A DNA stretch of 64,000 bases from Lama glama (lineage: Eukaryota). Made by a program: the position numbers and the translations under genes. Below, piece after piece: positions 1 through 12,959 of this stretch (within the stretch, counting starts at the first letter, position 1; every line of letters starts with the position of its first letter). The notes beneath the pieces were generated by a model. It saw nothing but the letters and a program-made list of their open reading frames with translations, was not told where the DNA came from and made no database searches. The stretch spans positions 32,180,001-32,244,000 of the forward strand of contig CM052816.1 of NCBI GenBank assembly GCA_028534125.1, read 5' to 3'.

Positions 1-715
1 ATGAAGACAGTGTGGATAACAAACGTGGGTTATAACAATGATAATTCAAATAAGACTGGTAGTGGGAGCCAAGATTTGTAGAAATGGGATGCAAGATCTG
101 TGTCTGGAGAGGGTAGGTAGAGACATAAGCAGAGAAAGTCTATTTTACAATTTTTCTCTGGCTGATTCCTTATACTCTCCTCCTTCACTCAGTGACCTCT
201 CTCTCCTACATAAACTCTCTTTTATATTGAATCTATTCATATTGTTTGCACGTTTTACTTGTTGATCTTAAGATTCTTTGGATACTGGAGTTGTTTATAT
301 ATTTTCTGTCAGCATGAAATGATGATTTTAAGATTCATGGCACAGCCACTACGGATGACAATGCCATCCTAGCCTCCCTAGCCTCCCTAGCTAAAGAGAT
401 TCTCTCTGGGAGAAAATGGTTGAGGTCTAGAGCAGGAATTTCAATTTATTTGAATTAGTTTTTTTGGAAAAAAAAAAAAGGAACACAGACTCATTTAGGC
501 TAAGTCAGGGAAAGTGGGTTAATTATAAAAAGAAACAAAAACAGAGACCTCATGGTGATTCAAGAACAGAAAAGCAAATACCACAAAGACAGGAGTTGCA
601 TTGGGGGAAGCCCTAGGGACTTATGCAGCAAAATGCACACATCTTCCCTTTAATGGTGATACAATTAAAGTGACTCAGTTACTCTCTATGTCTTTGCTTC
701 TTTTGGCACAGATTC

Positions 716-869
716 GTTTTTTTCAGCTTTGTGAAAATATAATTCACCTATAACACTGTGGAAATTTAAGGTGTACAATGTGTTGATTTGATACACATAT
801 ATTGCAAAATGAAGACCACCATGGCATTATCTAACTCTTCCATCACATCACATAATTACCATTCCTATG
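716..869 (-). mobile_element. Short L1 3'-end fragment (L1MA-like)
   Basis: Antisense L1 3'UTR sequence (tttaaggtgtacaatgtgttgatttgatacacatatattgc), T-rich left end, near-identical flanking repeat ttgg(c/t)acagattc at 703-715 and 870-882 (TSD). Confidence 0.75.
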
Positions 870-2446
870 TTGGTACAGATTCTTAATTCTCCTGCATTAC
901 CAGCTGACTTCCTCAACATCTACTTTATAACTTTTTCTACCTCGAAACTTTTACTTACTTACTAATTGTTTCTTCTTTAACATCTATTTGTTCACAACTC
1001 CTTTTCTGTCTTATGACATTTATCTGTGTGATACTACTCAACTGTACCATCAGGTCCTACTGTTACTTGCCTATGTCTAGTTCAGTTAGCCATGGCCAGG
1101 AATTATGATAGTGGCAATGGCTACCTGGGGCCAACGGGCTGTGGTCCTAGCAAGCACTGGAATAATATTACCAAGCTATTAATTTCCAATGGATAAGCTT
1201 CACAGATCTGTGACATGTAGTTTTATCAGTGTTTATGTTGAAGCTCGTGTGAATGAGCAAGGCAGGATGTATGCATTCTTCCATAAATAATCATAAACAT
1301 TGGCCACAGCTAAATGTGTGAGAATACATCACTGTCCCCAGCAGGGCTCAGGATTTGAAATGAATTTCACAATATATCATCCTCTTTCTACCTTCACCTA
1401 CCAACCCTACCTGCTACAGAAACATCCAGCAGTTTTTAAAATACACATAATTGTTAATACTTTTTGATTATGCAATGTATGCAAATAGAAAAATTCAAAT
1501 ATTATGCAGAGATACCCAAAACATTGTCTCCCTGACCTACCCCAGCATCCTATTCCTTCTCTATAAAGGTAACCATTGTGCTTTCATGATTTTTATACAA
1601 AGGATTCAAATTTAAATGAGCAATGAGAGCCTTGAAAGGAAAATAGAAGAGCAATTCTACCCAATGTACTTGGACAACTGTGCGGAATTTACAGACCTGA
1701 AGAATGGGATCCTTTTCTACTTCCATGGGCTCTAGTACGTTTCACTGCTAGAAACCTCAAAAAGGAAATTTCACAGCACAGAGCTAAATACCTCTACCAC
1801 ATTCCAGCAAAGTCTCTTTGAACATCAGGTAGCATCTATTAGGTGTCCCCCAAATATGAGCGAATTGGTGAGTTAAAGCTAGTTGGTGAGTTAAAGCAAG
1901 CTGGTGTCTCTTCCAAAGAAAGGAAAGATCTCATGGCAGAAACTGTCACATTATTTTAATCTGCTGTAGGAAGAAAAATCTGTTCACTCAGTAGGAGACC
2001 CTAAGAAGCCTGGACTGATAAATTAGAATCCCATCTAGACCTTTGGTCTTCCCGTCATCATTTATATACCCCAGCAGATTTCTCTCACCAAATAAATGAA
2101 TACTGAAACTGAGTCAAAATAGATTTTGATGCTTTGGGAAACCCCATACGCCTTTTGTTGATTGAGATAATGTCTCCTTCTCTTTTCTGTCATGACACAA
2201 AAATCTCTGGAATTACTAATGACCACCTAAAACTCCCATGGGAACCCTGCCTAAAGTTCTTGCCTCCAAACAGTGCTCTCTCTTACCTTTTGAGTCCAGG
2301 TAGTGCAATTCTGTTTGCCTCCCTTGTATTCAGTTCCAAATCCTGCAGTTATATCCTATACTACCCCACAAAAGGAAGCTAATCTTATCTTGGTAGTTAG
2401 CCCCCTAGAAGCCAAAACCCTGCTACTTCTTAATGATGATCTAGAA

Positions 2447-2648
2447 CAGGGAACACCAAACTATACCTCACAGGTCCATTCTGGTTGTCCACTTATTTGT
2501 GTATGTAACACTTCACTGGAACACAGCCACATCCATTTGCTCCTGTGGCTGCTTTTGTGCTACAATAGCAGCAAGAGACACTGTACAGTCCAAAAAGCCT
2601 AACATATTTACCATCTGGCCCTTTACAGAGAAAGTTTTTTGACCCTTG
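2447..2648. mobile_element. MER58-like hAT-Charlie non-autonomous DNA transposon
   Basis: ggaacacagccac...aacatatttaccatctggccctttacag...gacccttg; flanks atctagaa/gtctagga resemble the 8-bp nTCTAGAn hAT target. Confidence 0.8.
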
Positions 2649-2660
2649 GTCTAGGAGGTT

Positions 2661-2742
2661 AGACAGAGCACTTTATCACAAAACACGTAAGACCTGACAG
2701 AAAGAGCACTCTATCACAAAACACGTAAGACCTGACAGACAG
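2661..2742. repeat. 38-bp tandem duplication
   Basis: aga(c/a)agagcact(t/c)tatcacaaaacacgtaagacctgac twice (2661-2698, 2699-2736), followed by agacag. Confidence 0.95.
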
Positions 2743-3110
2743 TGGTTTTAACATAAAGAATATCTGTTGCTTTCCTAACCTAAAGTCTAGAGTCAGCCAG
2801 GTTCCAGTTGGTTCACAGATTCAACAGTGACCTCAGAGACCCAGGTTTATCTTTTTCTACTCTGCCATCCTCAGCAAGTTGACTTCCCACTTCAGAGTTT
2901 CCAGATGGCTTCAATATCTGCAAGTGTCGTTCAGGACAGCATGAAGAAAGCAAGCAAGCAAGCAAAGGGCAAAAGAGACTTTTTCTTGTGAAATCCTTTT
3001 TTTTTTTAATCATGGAAACAAAGCTTCCCCAGAAAACTTTAGTAGAAATTCCCATATTAGGTTCTGTGCACAGCCAAAGGGAACTGGGATTGTTATGATG
3101 GGTTTGGATC
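2740..3110 (-). mobile_element. Old MaLR LTR (MLT1J/K-like)
   Basis: cagagacccaggtttatctttttctactctgccatcctcagc and related MLT1 antisense motifs. Confidence 0.55.
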
Positions 3111-3119
3111 CCTGGCTAT

Positions 3120-3292
3120 CATGCCTGGTTGCATATTAGAATGACCTACAGAAGAAACAGCAAATTAGAAAACACCAACATCTGTGTCCCATCTCAGATC
3201 AATTATGTCAGAATCTCAGAGGTGGTTCCTAGTAGTGGCATTTTTCTTTAACTCTCAAGATTCCAATAGGTAACAAAGAAAGAGAACCACTG
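3120..3292. mobile_element. MER5-like hAT-Charlie element
   Basis: ggttgcatattagaatga...tcagaatctc...agagaaccactg terminus. Confidence 0.65.
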
Positions 3293-5169
3293 GGTAGACT
3301 AATCAGGAAAGAAAGGAGTGCTGAGGATATAACTGGTTCAGTATTAGGTACATTGAAGGTAAAATGTCTATGTCACTTTAAGATTGAAGTGTCCTAAAAA
3401 GATCCATCAGTCTAGAATTTAAAAAAGCATTCTTTATAGGACAGTTTTGAGAATGATAGGCAGGAGGCTACTAATAATTTCCCTATAGAATAGACACAAA
3501 GTGAGTATGCCTGGAGAAAACTCCATCTATGAAGATGGTGGAATTCATGGAGCCTGGGTGAGGTTGTTCTGTGAGATGTGTAGAATACAGAGAAAGGCAT
3601 AAAATAAACATAAGCCAAGTCTGTTGCCAATTGTTAACAGATGTTTAGAATTATCTGGAACTCCTTCTGCTAAAGACAATAGAAATTTGAACTTTTACTT
3701 GACATATTTTAAGCCTTGATGCTATAAGAAAATCACACTGTTTTCGGCTAATAAGAATAATACAATTACTAGGACAAATTCAGGTCTTTTAATTGCAGAT
3801 CCCTTGGATTGAATCCTCACTTAAGCCACAGACTGATTTGCACATGACTGGTAACCACAGAATCCGAATAACCTTTTGGTCTCCAATGAAACAACATGGG
3901 AAAACTCTTTTCCCTGCACTCATTTAAAAACAGTAACTGCTCTACATCATTTAAGATTCTTTGTCAGGGGGATTCAATTACCATCAGCCTGAGGTCACCT
4001 CAGAACTTCTTAAACTTTTTCATCCTATGAACTCCCATGGGTTTTCCATGACTCATAGCAATTGTCCATAGAAAAATAAGCTCACTTTTCATTGTACAGA
4101 TTCTGAAATAGCTCTGGTCTCATCCTTAGTATCATATCAAATCTGAAAGGAAGAAGTGCCCAAGGGGAGGCAGTAAGTGGAGAATGTCAGGTCATCCACA
4201 GTTCACTGCCTCTTCCCCAAGCAGCTACTCAGAGCACTGGGGCTACAGACACTGTGACTTCCTGGGAACAGCTCATGAGCTCCCTATGGGTCAACTTCCA
4301 GTTTAGAAAACACTGGGAAAACACTGAAATTCTACTTGGTGTAATGACAGACTGCAAGTTAAACAGAACCCAGGAATGCTAAAATAATAATTTGCCAAAT
4401 TTGCTATATCAATGGCATAAAACATTAGCTTAAATCAATGGGCAAATATTTATTGTTTGCTATTATTAGTGAAATTAAATATGCCACCTTCATTAAATTG
4501 TTGTTATAAGCTAAAAATGTCATTCATCAGTCTTTAGTTCAATAAATACTTGAGTAACTACTATGTGTGAGTCACGTGCAAGGCCCAGGGTAAATAAAAC
4601 GCAATTCTTCCCTTTTAGGAAATTTAAAAATAAAAAAATCTAAATAATACTTTTGTTTAAAAAAAGGTAATGATATTAAAATACGGCACAAAGGTGTCAA
4701 GAGTGAAGACCGGCATTTACTGTTAGAATTCAGATGTGCCTGATTAGATTCACAGGCTTGATGTAATAGGTTTACCAGGAACCCAACCACAGGAGCCTCT
4801 TCCTAAGGTGTCATAAAGACAGGATCAGGTGGGTGAGCCGGCCTGGTAGAAATGCACTTGCTATGCAATTCTGACAGCCTTGTCTATCAATTGGAAGTTT
4901 CCTTTGCCCTTGGATTAAGGCAGAAAGAGCTGTTTTCACTGACATCTATAGGATATTGGACCAGAGGAAAACACAGCTTCGTACCGTTTTCTCAAAGAGA
5001 AAGGTCTATTAACATAACCACATCTTAAGCAAATTATCATTCAACAAATATTTGTCAAGAACCTATAATGTGGCAGAAACAGTCACAGTTAGGTGCCCTG
5101 ACAAAAAACGGGTAACAAATGAATAACGTACATAAGCCATGAAGTAATTAACCTGATATATTTTAAATT

Positions 5170-5628
5170 AATGAGGTCCTTATTGGAATGGAGTGTCCAG
5201 TTGGTGACAAATCTTTAAAGGATATGTGAAGGCTAAAGCGGATCCAAAGGAAAATGGTACAAATGATTAATTAGGAAAGGAAATTAGGTTCTATGAGAAA
5301 AGTTAAATTAATTCCAGCTTTAACTTGGAGAAGAGAAGACTAAGGACTGACTTGATTATTGTCCTTAATATCAGGAGAGGTTTTATGCTTTTTTTCCCTT
5401 AAAGGCCTAGACATGAGGTAATGGGATAAAATTAAAGCATTTACTTAGCCACTGATTAAATCAATAAACACACATACTATGGGCCTCTGCCTTGCTGCCT
5501 AACACAATAGGAGATTGCAGAAGCACAAAGATGAATTCAAAACAGTCTCTGCCAATAGAAGGCATTTCATTTGGACATAAGAAAGAACTCCTTTGAACAA
5601 TCAGGTGATAAAACTCAAGAACTGGCTG
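5170..5628 (+). mobile_element. CR1/L3 LINE 3' region, with a small L2-like insert at about 5440-5560
   Basis: Translates to LEKRRLRTDLIIV (CR1 C-terminal LEKRRLRGDLI motif); downstream ttggacataagaaagaac (LDIRKN). Confidence 0.7.
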
Positions 5629-7225
5629 GAGGAGGCAAGAATATACAATGGAGGAAAGATACTCTTTGGCAAGTGGTGTTAGGAAAGCTGGACAGCCTCA
5701 TGTAACTCAGTGAAGTTAGAGCACTCCCTTACACCATATATAAAAATTAACTCAAAATGGCTTAAAGACTTAAACATTAGACAAGACATTATAAATCTCC
5801 TAGAAGAAAACATAGGCAAAACATTCTCTGACATAATCATAGCAATGATTTATTTAATTAATATTTAGTTTCACTAATAATAGGAAACAGTAAATATCTA
5901 CCCGTTGATTTAAGCTGATGTTTTTTTATGCCACTGATACAGGAAATTTGGCAAATTATTATTTTAGCATTCCTGGGTTCAACTGATTTCTAGATCAGTC
6001 TCCCAAGGCAATAGAAATAAAAGCAAAAATAAACAAATGGGACCTAATGAAACTTACAAGTTTTGCACAGCAAAGCAGACATAAACAAACAAAAGACAAC
6101 CTACAGAATGGGAGAAAATATTTGCAAACAATGTAACTGACAAAGGCTTAATTTCCAGAATATACAAATAGCTCATACAACTCAATAACAAAAAAACACC
6201 AAACAACCCAGTCAAAAAAATAGGCAGAAGACCTAAACAAACATTTCTCTAAAGATGACATACAGATAGCCAATAGGCATATGAAAAAAATGCTCAATAT
6301 CACTAATTATCAGAGAAATATCAATCAAAACTACAATCAGGTATCACCTCACACTGGTCAGAATGGCCATCATTAAAAAGTCTACAAGTGATAAATGCTG
6401 GAGAGAGTGTGGAGAAAAGGGAACCCTTCTACACTGTTGGTGGGAATGTAATTTGGTGCAACCAATTTGGAAAACAGTATGAAGTTTCCTAAAAAAAATT
6501 AAAGATAAACTTACCATATGATCCAGCAATCCCACTCCTGGGCATAATCTGGAGGAAATTCTAATTTGAAAAGATACATGTACTCCAATGTTCACAGCAG
6601 CACTATTTACAATAGCCAAGACATGGAAGCACTCTAAATGTCCATCAACAGATGACTGGATAAAGAAAAGGTGGTATATTTATACAATGGAACACTACTC
6701 AGCCATAAAAACCGACAACATAACGCCATTTGCAGCAACATGGATGCTCCTGGAGAATGTCATTCTAAGTGAAGTAAGCCAGAAAGAGAAAGAAAAACAC
6801 CATATGAGATCGCTCATATGTGGAATCTAAAAAAAAAAAAAAAAAGGAATATAAATACAAAACAGAAACAGACTCATAGACATAGAATACAAACTTGTGG
6901 TTGCCAACGGGGGCGGAGGGTGGGAAGGAATAGACTGGGATTTCAAAATTGTTGAATAGATAAACAAGATTATGCTGTATAGCACAGGGAAATATATACA
7001 ACATCTTAAGGTAAAAAAAAAATCTGTAGTTAAAAATTTAAAAACAAAGATGTGGTATATATATGTATACAATGGAATACTACTCAGCCATAAAAATGAA
7101 ATACATTTGCAGCACAAGGATGGACCTAGAGATTATCATACTAATCTGAAGTAAATAAGACAGAGAAAGACAAATATTATATATCACTTAAATATGGACT
7201 CTAAAAAATAAATAAGGAATAAAAT
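5629..7225 (+). mobile_element. Composite 5'-truncated L1 (ORF2 3' part and 3'UTR) with a non-L1 insert (5852-5983) and a younger L1 3' segment (about 6660-7045)
   Basis: ORF 6588-6830 [27 protein letters not shown] is the L1 ORF2 C-terminus; the [23 protein letters not shown] segment occurs twice (about 6665 and 7047). Confidence 0.9.
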
Positions 7226-7308
7226 ATTTGAAGCTAACTTCTAGATATTTCTACTTGGATATCCCACTAAAATTTCAAATTCAATGCATCAAGAAAAGAG
7301 AGTAAGCC

Positions 7309-7672
7309 TATGTGGAATCTTACAAAAGAAAAAAGAAGACACTATTGAATTTATCTACGAAACAGAAACAGACTCACAGACATAGTAAACAAACTTACAG
7401 TTTCCAGGAGGGGAGAGGGAATGGGAAGGGATAATTTGGGAGTTCAAGATTTGCAGATACTAACTCCTATATATAAAATAGATAAACAACAAGTCTCTTC
7501 TGCATAGCACAGGGAACTATATTCAATTATCTTGTAGTAACCTATAATGAAAAAGAAAATGAAAAGGAATATATGTATATATATGTATGACTGAAACATT
7601 ACACAATACACCAGAAATTGACACAACATTGTAAACCAACTATACTTCAATTTAAAAAGTCAAACAAAAAAA
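7309..7672 (+). mobile_element. L1 3'UTR fragment inserted in an L2 remnant
   Basis: L1 3'UTR with A-tail; aaaagagagt(a/g)ag on both sides as TSD; L2-like sequence at 7240-7292 and 7690-7820. Confidence 0.85.
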
Positions 7673-7959
7673 GAGAGTGAGAAAGCAAGTGAGAGACCTC
7701 AACTCAAATCTGTACCTCGTACTCATGTCTTTTTATTTTAATTATAGGCATCACCATCTTCCCAGTACTTCAGAATACAAATGTCAACTATCTTTGACTC
7801 CTAATTCTCCTCTGTCTCCTAAATTAATTTATTTAGCAATAATTTATTGGGCATCTATCATATGTCTGTCATATAGGGGTGCAAAGATATATGTCACTTT
7901 ATTTGCCCTCAAGTATATGGCCATGTAAACCAATTTTTCAGTCCCACATAATTAGGGGC

Positions 7960-8840
7960 TTTTTTGTCATTGAGATCATTGTAGATTCACATAAGACATA
8001 ATACAGAGAGCTCTCATGTACACTTTGCTTCATTTCCTCCAGTGTTAATACTTTATAAGACTGAAGTGTATCAATCCAGGATATTCACACTGATCTAATC
8101 CTTTCCCCATATTCAGATTTCCCCAGTTTCACTTGTGCCTGTATGTGTGTGTGTGTTTAGTTCTACACAATCTTATCGCTTATGTAGTTTCCTGTATCCA
8201 CCACCAGTCAAGATACTGAACAATTCCATTACCACAAGCGTTGTGTTGCCTTTTTATAACCACAGTCACCTCTCTTCCATCTCCCATCCCTTTTTGTAAC
8301 TCCTGGCAGCCACTAAGCTGTCCTCAATTTCTAAAATTTTATCATTTCAAAAAAGTTTCACAAATGAAATCATACAGTATGTAATATTTGGGGACTTGTT
8401 TCTTTTTCTTAGCGTAATACCCTAGAGGTTCAGCCAAGGTATTGCATTTATTAATAGTCTGCTCCTTCTTATTGCTGAGTAGTGTTCTATTGTATGTATT
8501 TACCATAGTTTGTCTAACCACTCACCTACTGGAGGATATCTGGGTTGATTCCAGCTTTTGGCTATCCAAATAAAGCTGCAATGAATATTCACAAACAAGT
8601 TTTTATGTGACACAGCATACAATTTCATTTCTTTGGGATAAATGCCAAGGAGTACAACCGCTGGGTCATATGGTAGTTCAAAGTTTAGATATTTTTTAAG
8701 AAACCACCAAACTGTTCCTGGATGGACTATACCATTTTATTTCCACCAGAAACACATGAGTGATCAAGTTCCTCAGCCTTCTTGCCAGCATTTGGTGCTG
8801 TCACTATTTTTTATTTTAGCCATCTCAAGAGGTGTGTGGT
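7960..8840 (-). mobile_element. Old L1 (L1MC-like) 3' end
   Basis: Antisense L1 3'UTR and ORF2 end (gataaatgccaaggagtacaaccgctgggtcatatggtag). Confidence 0.85.
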
Positions 8841-8849
8841 GTCCTGTGA

Positions 8850-10050
8850 TTAGTTTTATAAAAGGGATGAACCTGGTACTCTAGGAGGCAGGGGAGAGAG
8901 CAACTACATCCAGCAAGCAGTTTGGGTAGGGGTCGGGGGCAGGAGAGATATGGGTAGGAAAACGTTCAGAATGGAGATAATGTTTGCATTAGATTTTTAA
9001 AAACTGCATCAATCTTCAGAAACCAGAGCAAAGGGAGAGATATACATCTGGCATAGAGAATAAAATATTCACAATCAGAGGGATATGTGAGAACATGAAG
9101 ACTGGAGAGATGATCTAGAGAGAAGGTGGAGCCCAGTGTGAAGGGAAAAGAGAAAGGAGTCAGTGCCAGTGGAAGAAGACTTCTGTGTGTTCTGTCAGGT
9201 ATTTCAGCTGAGTCCTGCAGGCAAGAGCAAGACCTCAGCTATGATGGTGGCAATGACAGGAGTGTTTCCCATCAGTCTCCATGTGCTCCCACAGTGGTTC
9301 CTGTATCTGCCCCCTCCTTTCTTTTCTCACTGCCACTCTCCTACCTCGGAGGCTCACCCTATCTCACCTGGAGAACCCAGCTACAATCCAACCTACCTCC
9401 TGACACCACAGCCACTTTCCTAAACCCTACAGTTGACAGTTTGTCATTCCTCTCCTCAGAAATCTTCACTGGCCCTCCTTCTCATGCGGAACGAAGTCTG
9501 AACTCCTCAGAGCCATCCTAAGACAGAGAGGATGGGACCCTCCCACTCCCCTCTAGGAAGATAAGCCCAGGTTTATGGGACTTATTTCTAGTCCCTACCT
9601 GGGTAGTGCTTTTTCCAGCTCCTAGGAAACTCACATTTCCTCCACCTACTTCTTAGCCTCAGGCTCAGTATGGCTTCCTTTTGTGAAGGTCTCCTAATTC
9701 TCTTCCTTCCTCCACCCCCAGATTTCTCCAATGACTTTTACTTTAGTTTCACTATTGTGTTGCTCATATCATCACTGAAGTCTTTATATCATCCTGCCTT
9801 GCACTACAGTTTACAAGTTTTCCTATTCCCATATATTGTAAACTGGCTGTAGGCTTCGTGACGGGAATGAAAAGTGCAAACTTGAGTTGTCCTCCATGTA
9901 TCTAACATCAGCGCACCTATGAGCCAAGGTCTTGGCTGTACCCTGGGGAAGGTATATACACTCTCAGAGTGCAGAATCTAGGAAAGGGACATGATATGCT
10001 AAAAGTAATAATAATACAAAGCAGAATGTGGTTTGTTTCTTAAGAGTACA
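8850..10050. mobile_element. Cluster of degenerate L2 fragments, both orientations
   Basis: Purine-rich antisense L2 at 8850-9170; sense L2 (tgtcattcctctcctcagaaatcttcactgg) at 9330-9520; further fragments to about 10050. Confidence 0.5.
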
Positions 10051-10487
10051 AATAAAGAGCTATATTTACTCTGTATAATCTAAAATTGTTTCATTTGAGG
10101 TTCCCTAGAAAAATTTTCCAACAATAAAAATAGAAGCAAAAGACAAAAGTACCAGGCTTTTTAAAAATGTGGCAAAGTCTATTTCAAATTTTTTAGTCTT
10201 CACTTCTTTTTATTTAACTGTAATGCAAACTTACCGTTTTCTCATAAATAATTAAATATGATTGTGTATTCAAAACTGTTTCTACACAATGAAGACTCAG
10301 AATAAAAGGAACAAAAAAGAACATGGTACTGTAGTTTAGAAATTCTTTTTAACATATTTCTGTGGACATCAAACCCACTTCTGATAAGTTTATGGAGGTA
10401 CAGAAAGTGAGTTGCACATCAATATGGTCGTCAGTTCCAGACATTTCTCAAATATAAGGGTTCAAATGACAAAACTGCCAAGAATGA

Positions 10488-10500
10488 GGTCAAGGTGACC
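10488..10500. promoter_or_regulatory. Perfect-consensus estrogen response element motif (function untested)
   Basis: GGTCAaggTGACC matches GGTCAnnnTGACC exactly; motif match only. Confidence 0.4.
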
Positions 10501-11684
10501 CCTCATTACCTGGAAGATGGGACCAGCCTATTTTTTTCAATAGTTTTCACTTAACAATAATAAAAGTATAATCAGAAATCTTACACAGGATGAGATGTAA
10601 AATTTATCCCTTGGTGATGAGCCCGTGAATATGTTGATCTAATATGAAATCTATCAGGAAAATTTGACATCTCCTGTCTTTAAAAAAATAATTTACATAA
10701 ATTATTCTCTAAATCAAGACCAAGTAAATATCACCTTTTCTCTAATAAAATTAGTATTATATACCTATAGTGTACTGATGGCACTCAGTGTATCTTCAAT
10801 TTAAAGAAAAGGAAAAGAGAATAATGTTATACAAACTTCTTAATAGATATAAAATAAATATCATAATTACATAAAGTTTAAAGTAGAGTTGCTGGGTCTC
10901 CTCTCCTCTGGACATAAAATCATTTAGAGCTGATCACTGGGACTGTCTTTGAAGTTCTCATATAACTAGACTTTTATTTGTTTTTATTTCCTGAGGTAAA
11001 GCAAATATTCTTTAGTTTTCAAGAGAAATTCAGAAACACTGAGGTCATGATTTTTATGAAGTCCTAAAATTACTGCCAGTATCTCAGTTGCATCTTTTGA
11101 TAGACCTTTAATCAGTTTTTCATCATAGTCACCACAAGCACCAGGCACTGCAGTCAGAATTTCCCTCTAACTTATTGGACCTAAAAGGAATATAATCGTT
11201 TGGAAATTTCAACACATGCTTAGCTGAACACAGAGATTTCTTTGGAGCCAAAGTTTATTTTATCCCTCTTTTCTAATTAGGAATGAAAATGAAAAATATT
11301 TAACCATTAAGTATATCAAAAAAATCGAATGGCTCTTGTACCTTCAAGGGGAAGTAGTACCAGCTAGGCAGGTCCCACATAATCTACCAACAGGCTTAGT
11401 TCAGCTACTAGATTGATTTATATAAATGTTTTAACTTTTGTACTTTTTAATCCATCTCTTTTAATAGTGAAGAAAGTCAGAAGAAGGAGTTTTAAAAGGA
11501 GGCTGGAGGAAGGGAACAAAAAACACACTGAAGGGAAGTCAGAGGGTGGAATATGAGCCACGGTGGGGAAATGTGATGACAGTTTTTGATGGATCTCCAT
11601 CATGTACTAGAGTGTAATAAGAAAACAAATTAAAACAGGAAAGAAACTTCAGAAGTCTGCCAATGCTTCAATAACAATGAAAAT

Positions 11685-11810
11685 AATGCTAATATAAATA
11701 GCTCCCATCTGATTCGTGTTTGGAACCTACAGTGCACTTTCACTCACACACATTTTCTTTGCTAATCCTCACAATAACTCTGTGAGGTTAAAAAAAAAAA
11801 CTGAGCTTCA
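11685..11810 (-). mobile_element. MIR SINE fragment
   Basis: taatcctcacaataactctgtgaggt...aaactgag MIR core. Confidence 0.65.
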
Positions 11811-12959
11811 CACCACCTAATACAGCAGCATTCAGCTGTAGGAATGGCATACCTTCTCTTCATGGCTCTCTGCAGAGAATATGCATTCTCTATCTTTAAA
11901 TATGGAAGCAGAATAGTGGATTCAATCATCCACAGCATAAATAAGGCCTGCTAAAATTGTACTGCTCTGACAAGATTATGGACGATTATTGCTGATTTCC
12001 TGTGTGCACCTGACCTCTCTTCTCAGTGCTCAAGGCATGTACCACATTCCAGAAGCTGCTTCTTTACTTAATGTGACTTCTGATGATGTGGCCAATGTAA
12101 GCCATTCTGTCTTAATGATATATTTGATAGAATTAAAAGGCAACTCTAGGGGCTTCTCTATGAATAAGACAATTCTGTAGTGTTATCTGACAAATCTTTA
12201 TTTTTTTAATTTAATTAGACCTAATTAAATCCATGTGAATTGGATAGCTGAAATTTAACTGGAAAATTCTTGCCAAGTTCTTCATCCTATTTGTGAAACA
12301 TAAGCCTTCAAACAATGATTGGTAGGTCACAAGTGAATGATAACAGTTTCTAATACAGTTGCATTTACAAAAATATTTCACATCTTTTGTTACTTTGTCA
12401 TCTAGGACATGTTTAGTCTAAAATAAAGCAGAAGGCACGAATATTATTATTGTGGCCTAGGTTCTGGCTGCATGAGGCACATATGGCCTCAGAGCACACT
12501 GAGTCAGCACTGTGGTCTATTCTAGAGGAATAGAGTCCTGGATTGGAGCGCATGTCCCTGGGAGTAGAGTCCCATGTGGGCCAAACAGCTAATGGAGTTG
12601 AGTCATCAGTGCCCAAGGGCTCAGCCAATTATTTCCTGACTGAGGAGCTTTTTTAGTACAGACTCACAGATCATTCCTTGGATCTATTTCACCTACATTT
12701 CTTGGAATGCTTATGGACTGAATTTTTCAAAAGTTTCCCAGGTGACTGGATGATCAGTAAGTTTTGGGAAACAGGACTAAACTAAAATTATTCTAAGTGG
12801 GCATAAAAGGGGGAGAGGAGTTCTCCATCTGCTCACAGACAGAAAAAGCCTCCTTAAACTAATTCTCCAATGTCCAGTGTTGCTAACTAGAAGTCTGGTT
12901 ATAATTTGACTCTTACTCCTTTCTTGGCCATCTGTTTGATTAATTGATTGATTGATTTT

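Noticed and set aside
3989..4003. Palindrome ctgaggtcacctcag (also a bulged palindrome near 25649-25676)
   Set aside because: Short palindromes of this size are expected by chance in 64 kb.
10985..11180. Minus-strand acceptor followed by an open stretch (REILTAVPGACGDYDEKLIKG...)
   Set aside because: An in-frame stop lies between the acceptor and the open stretch; the peptide is unrecognised.
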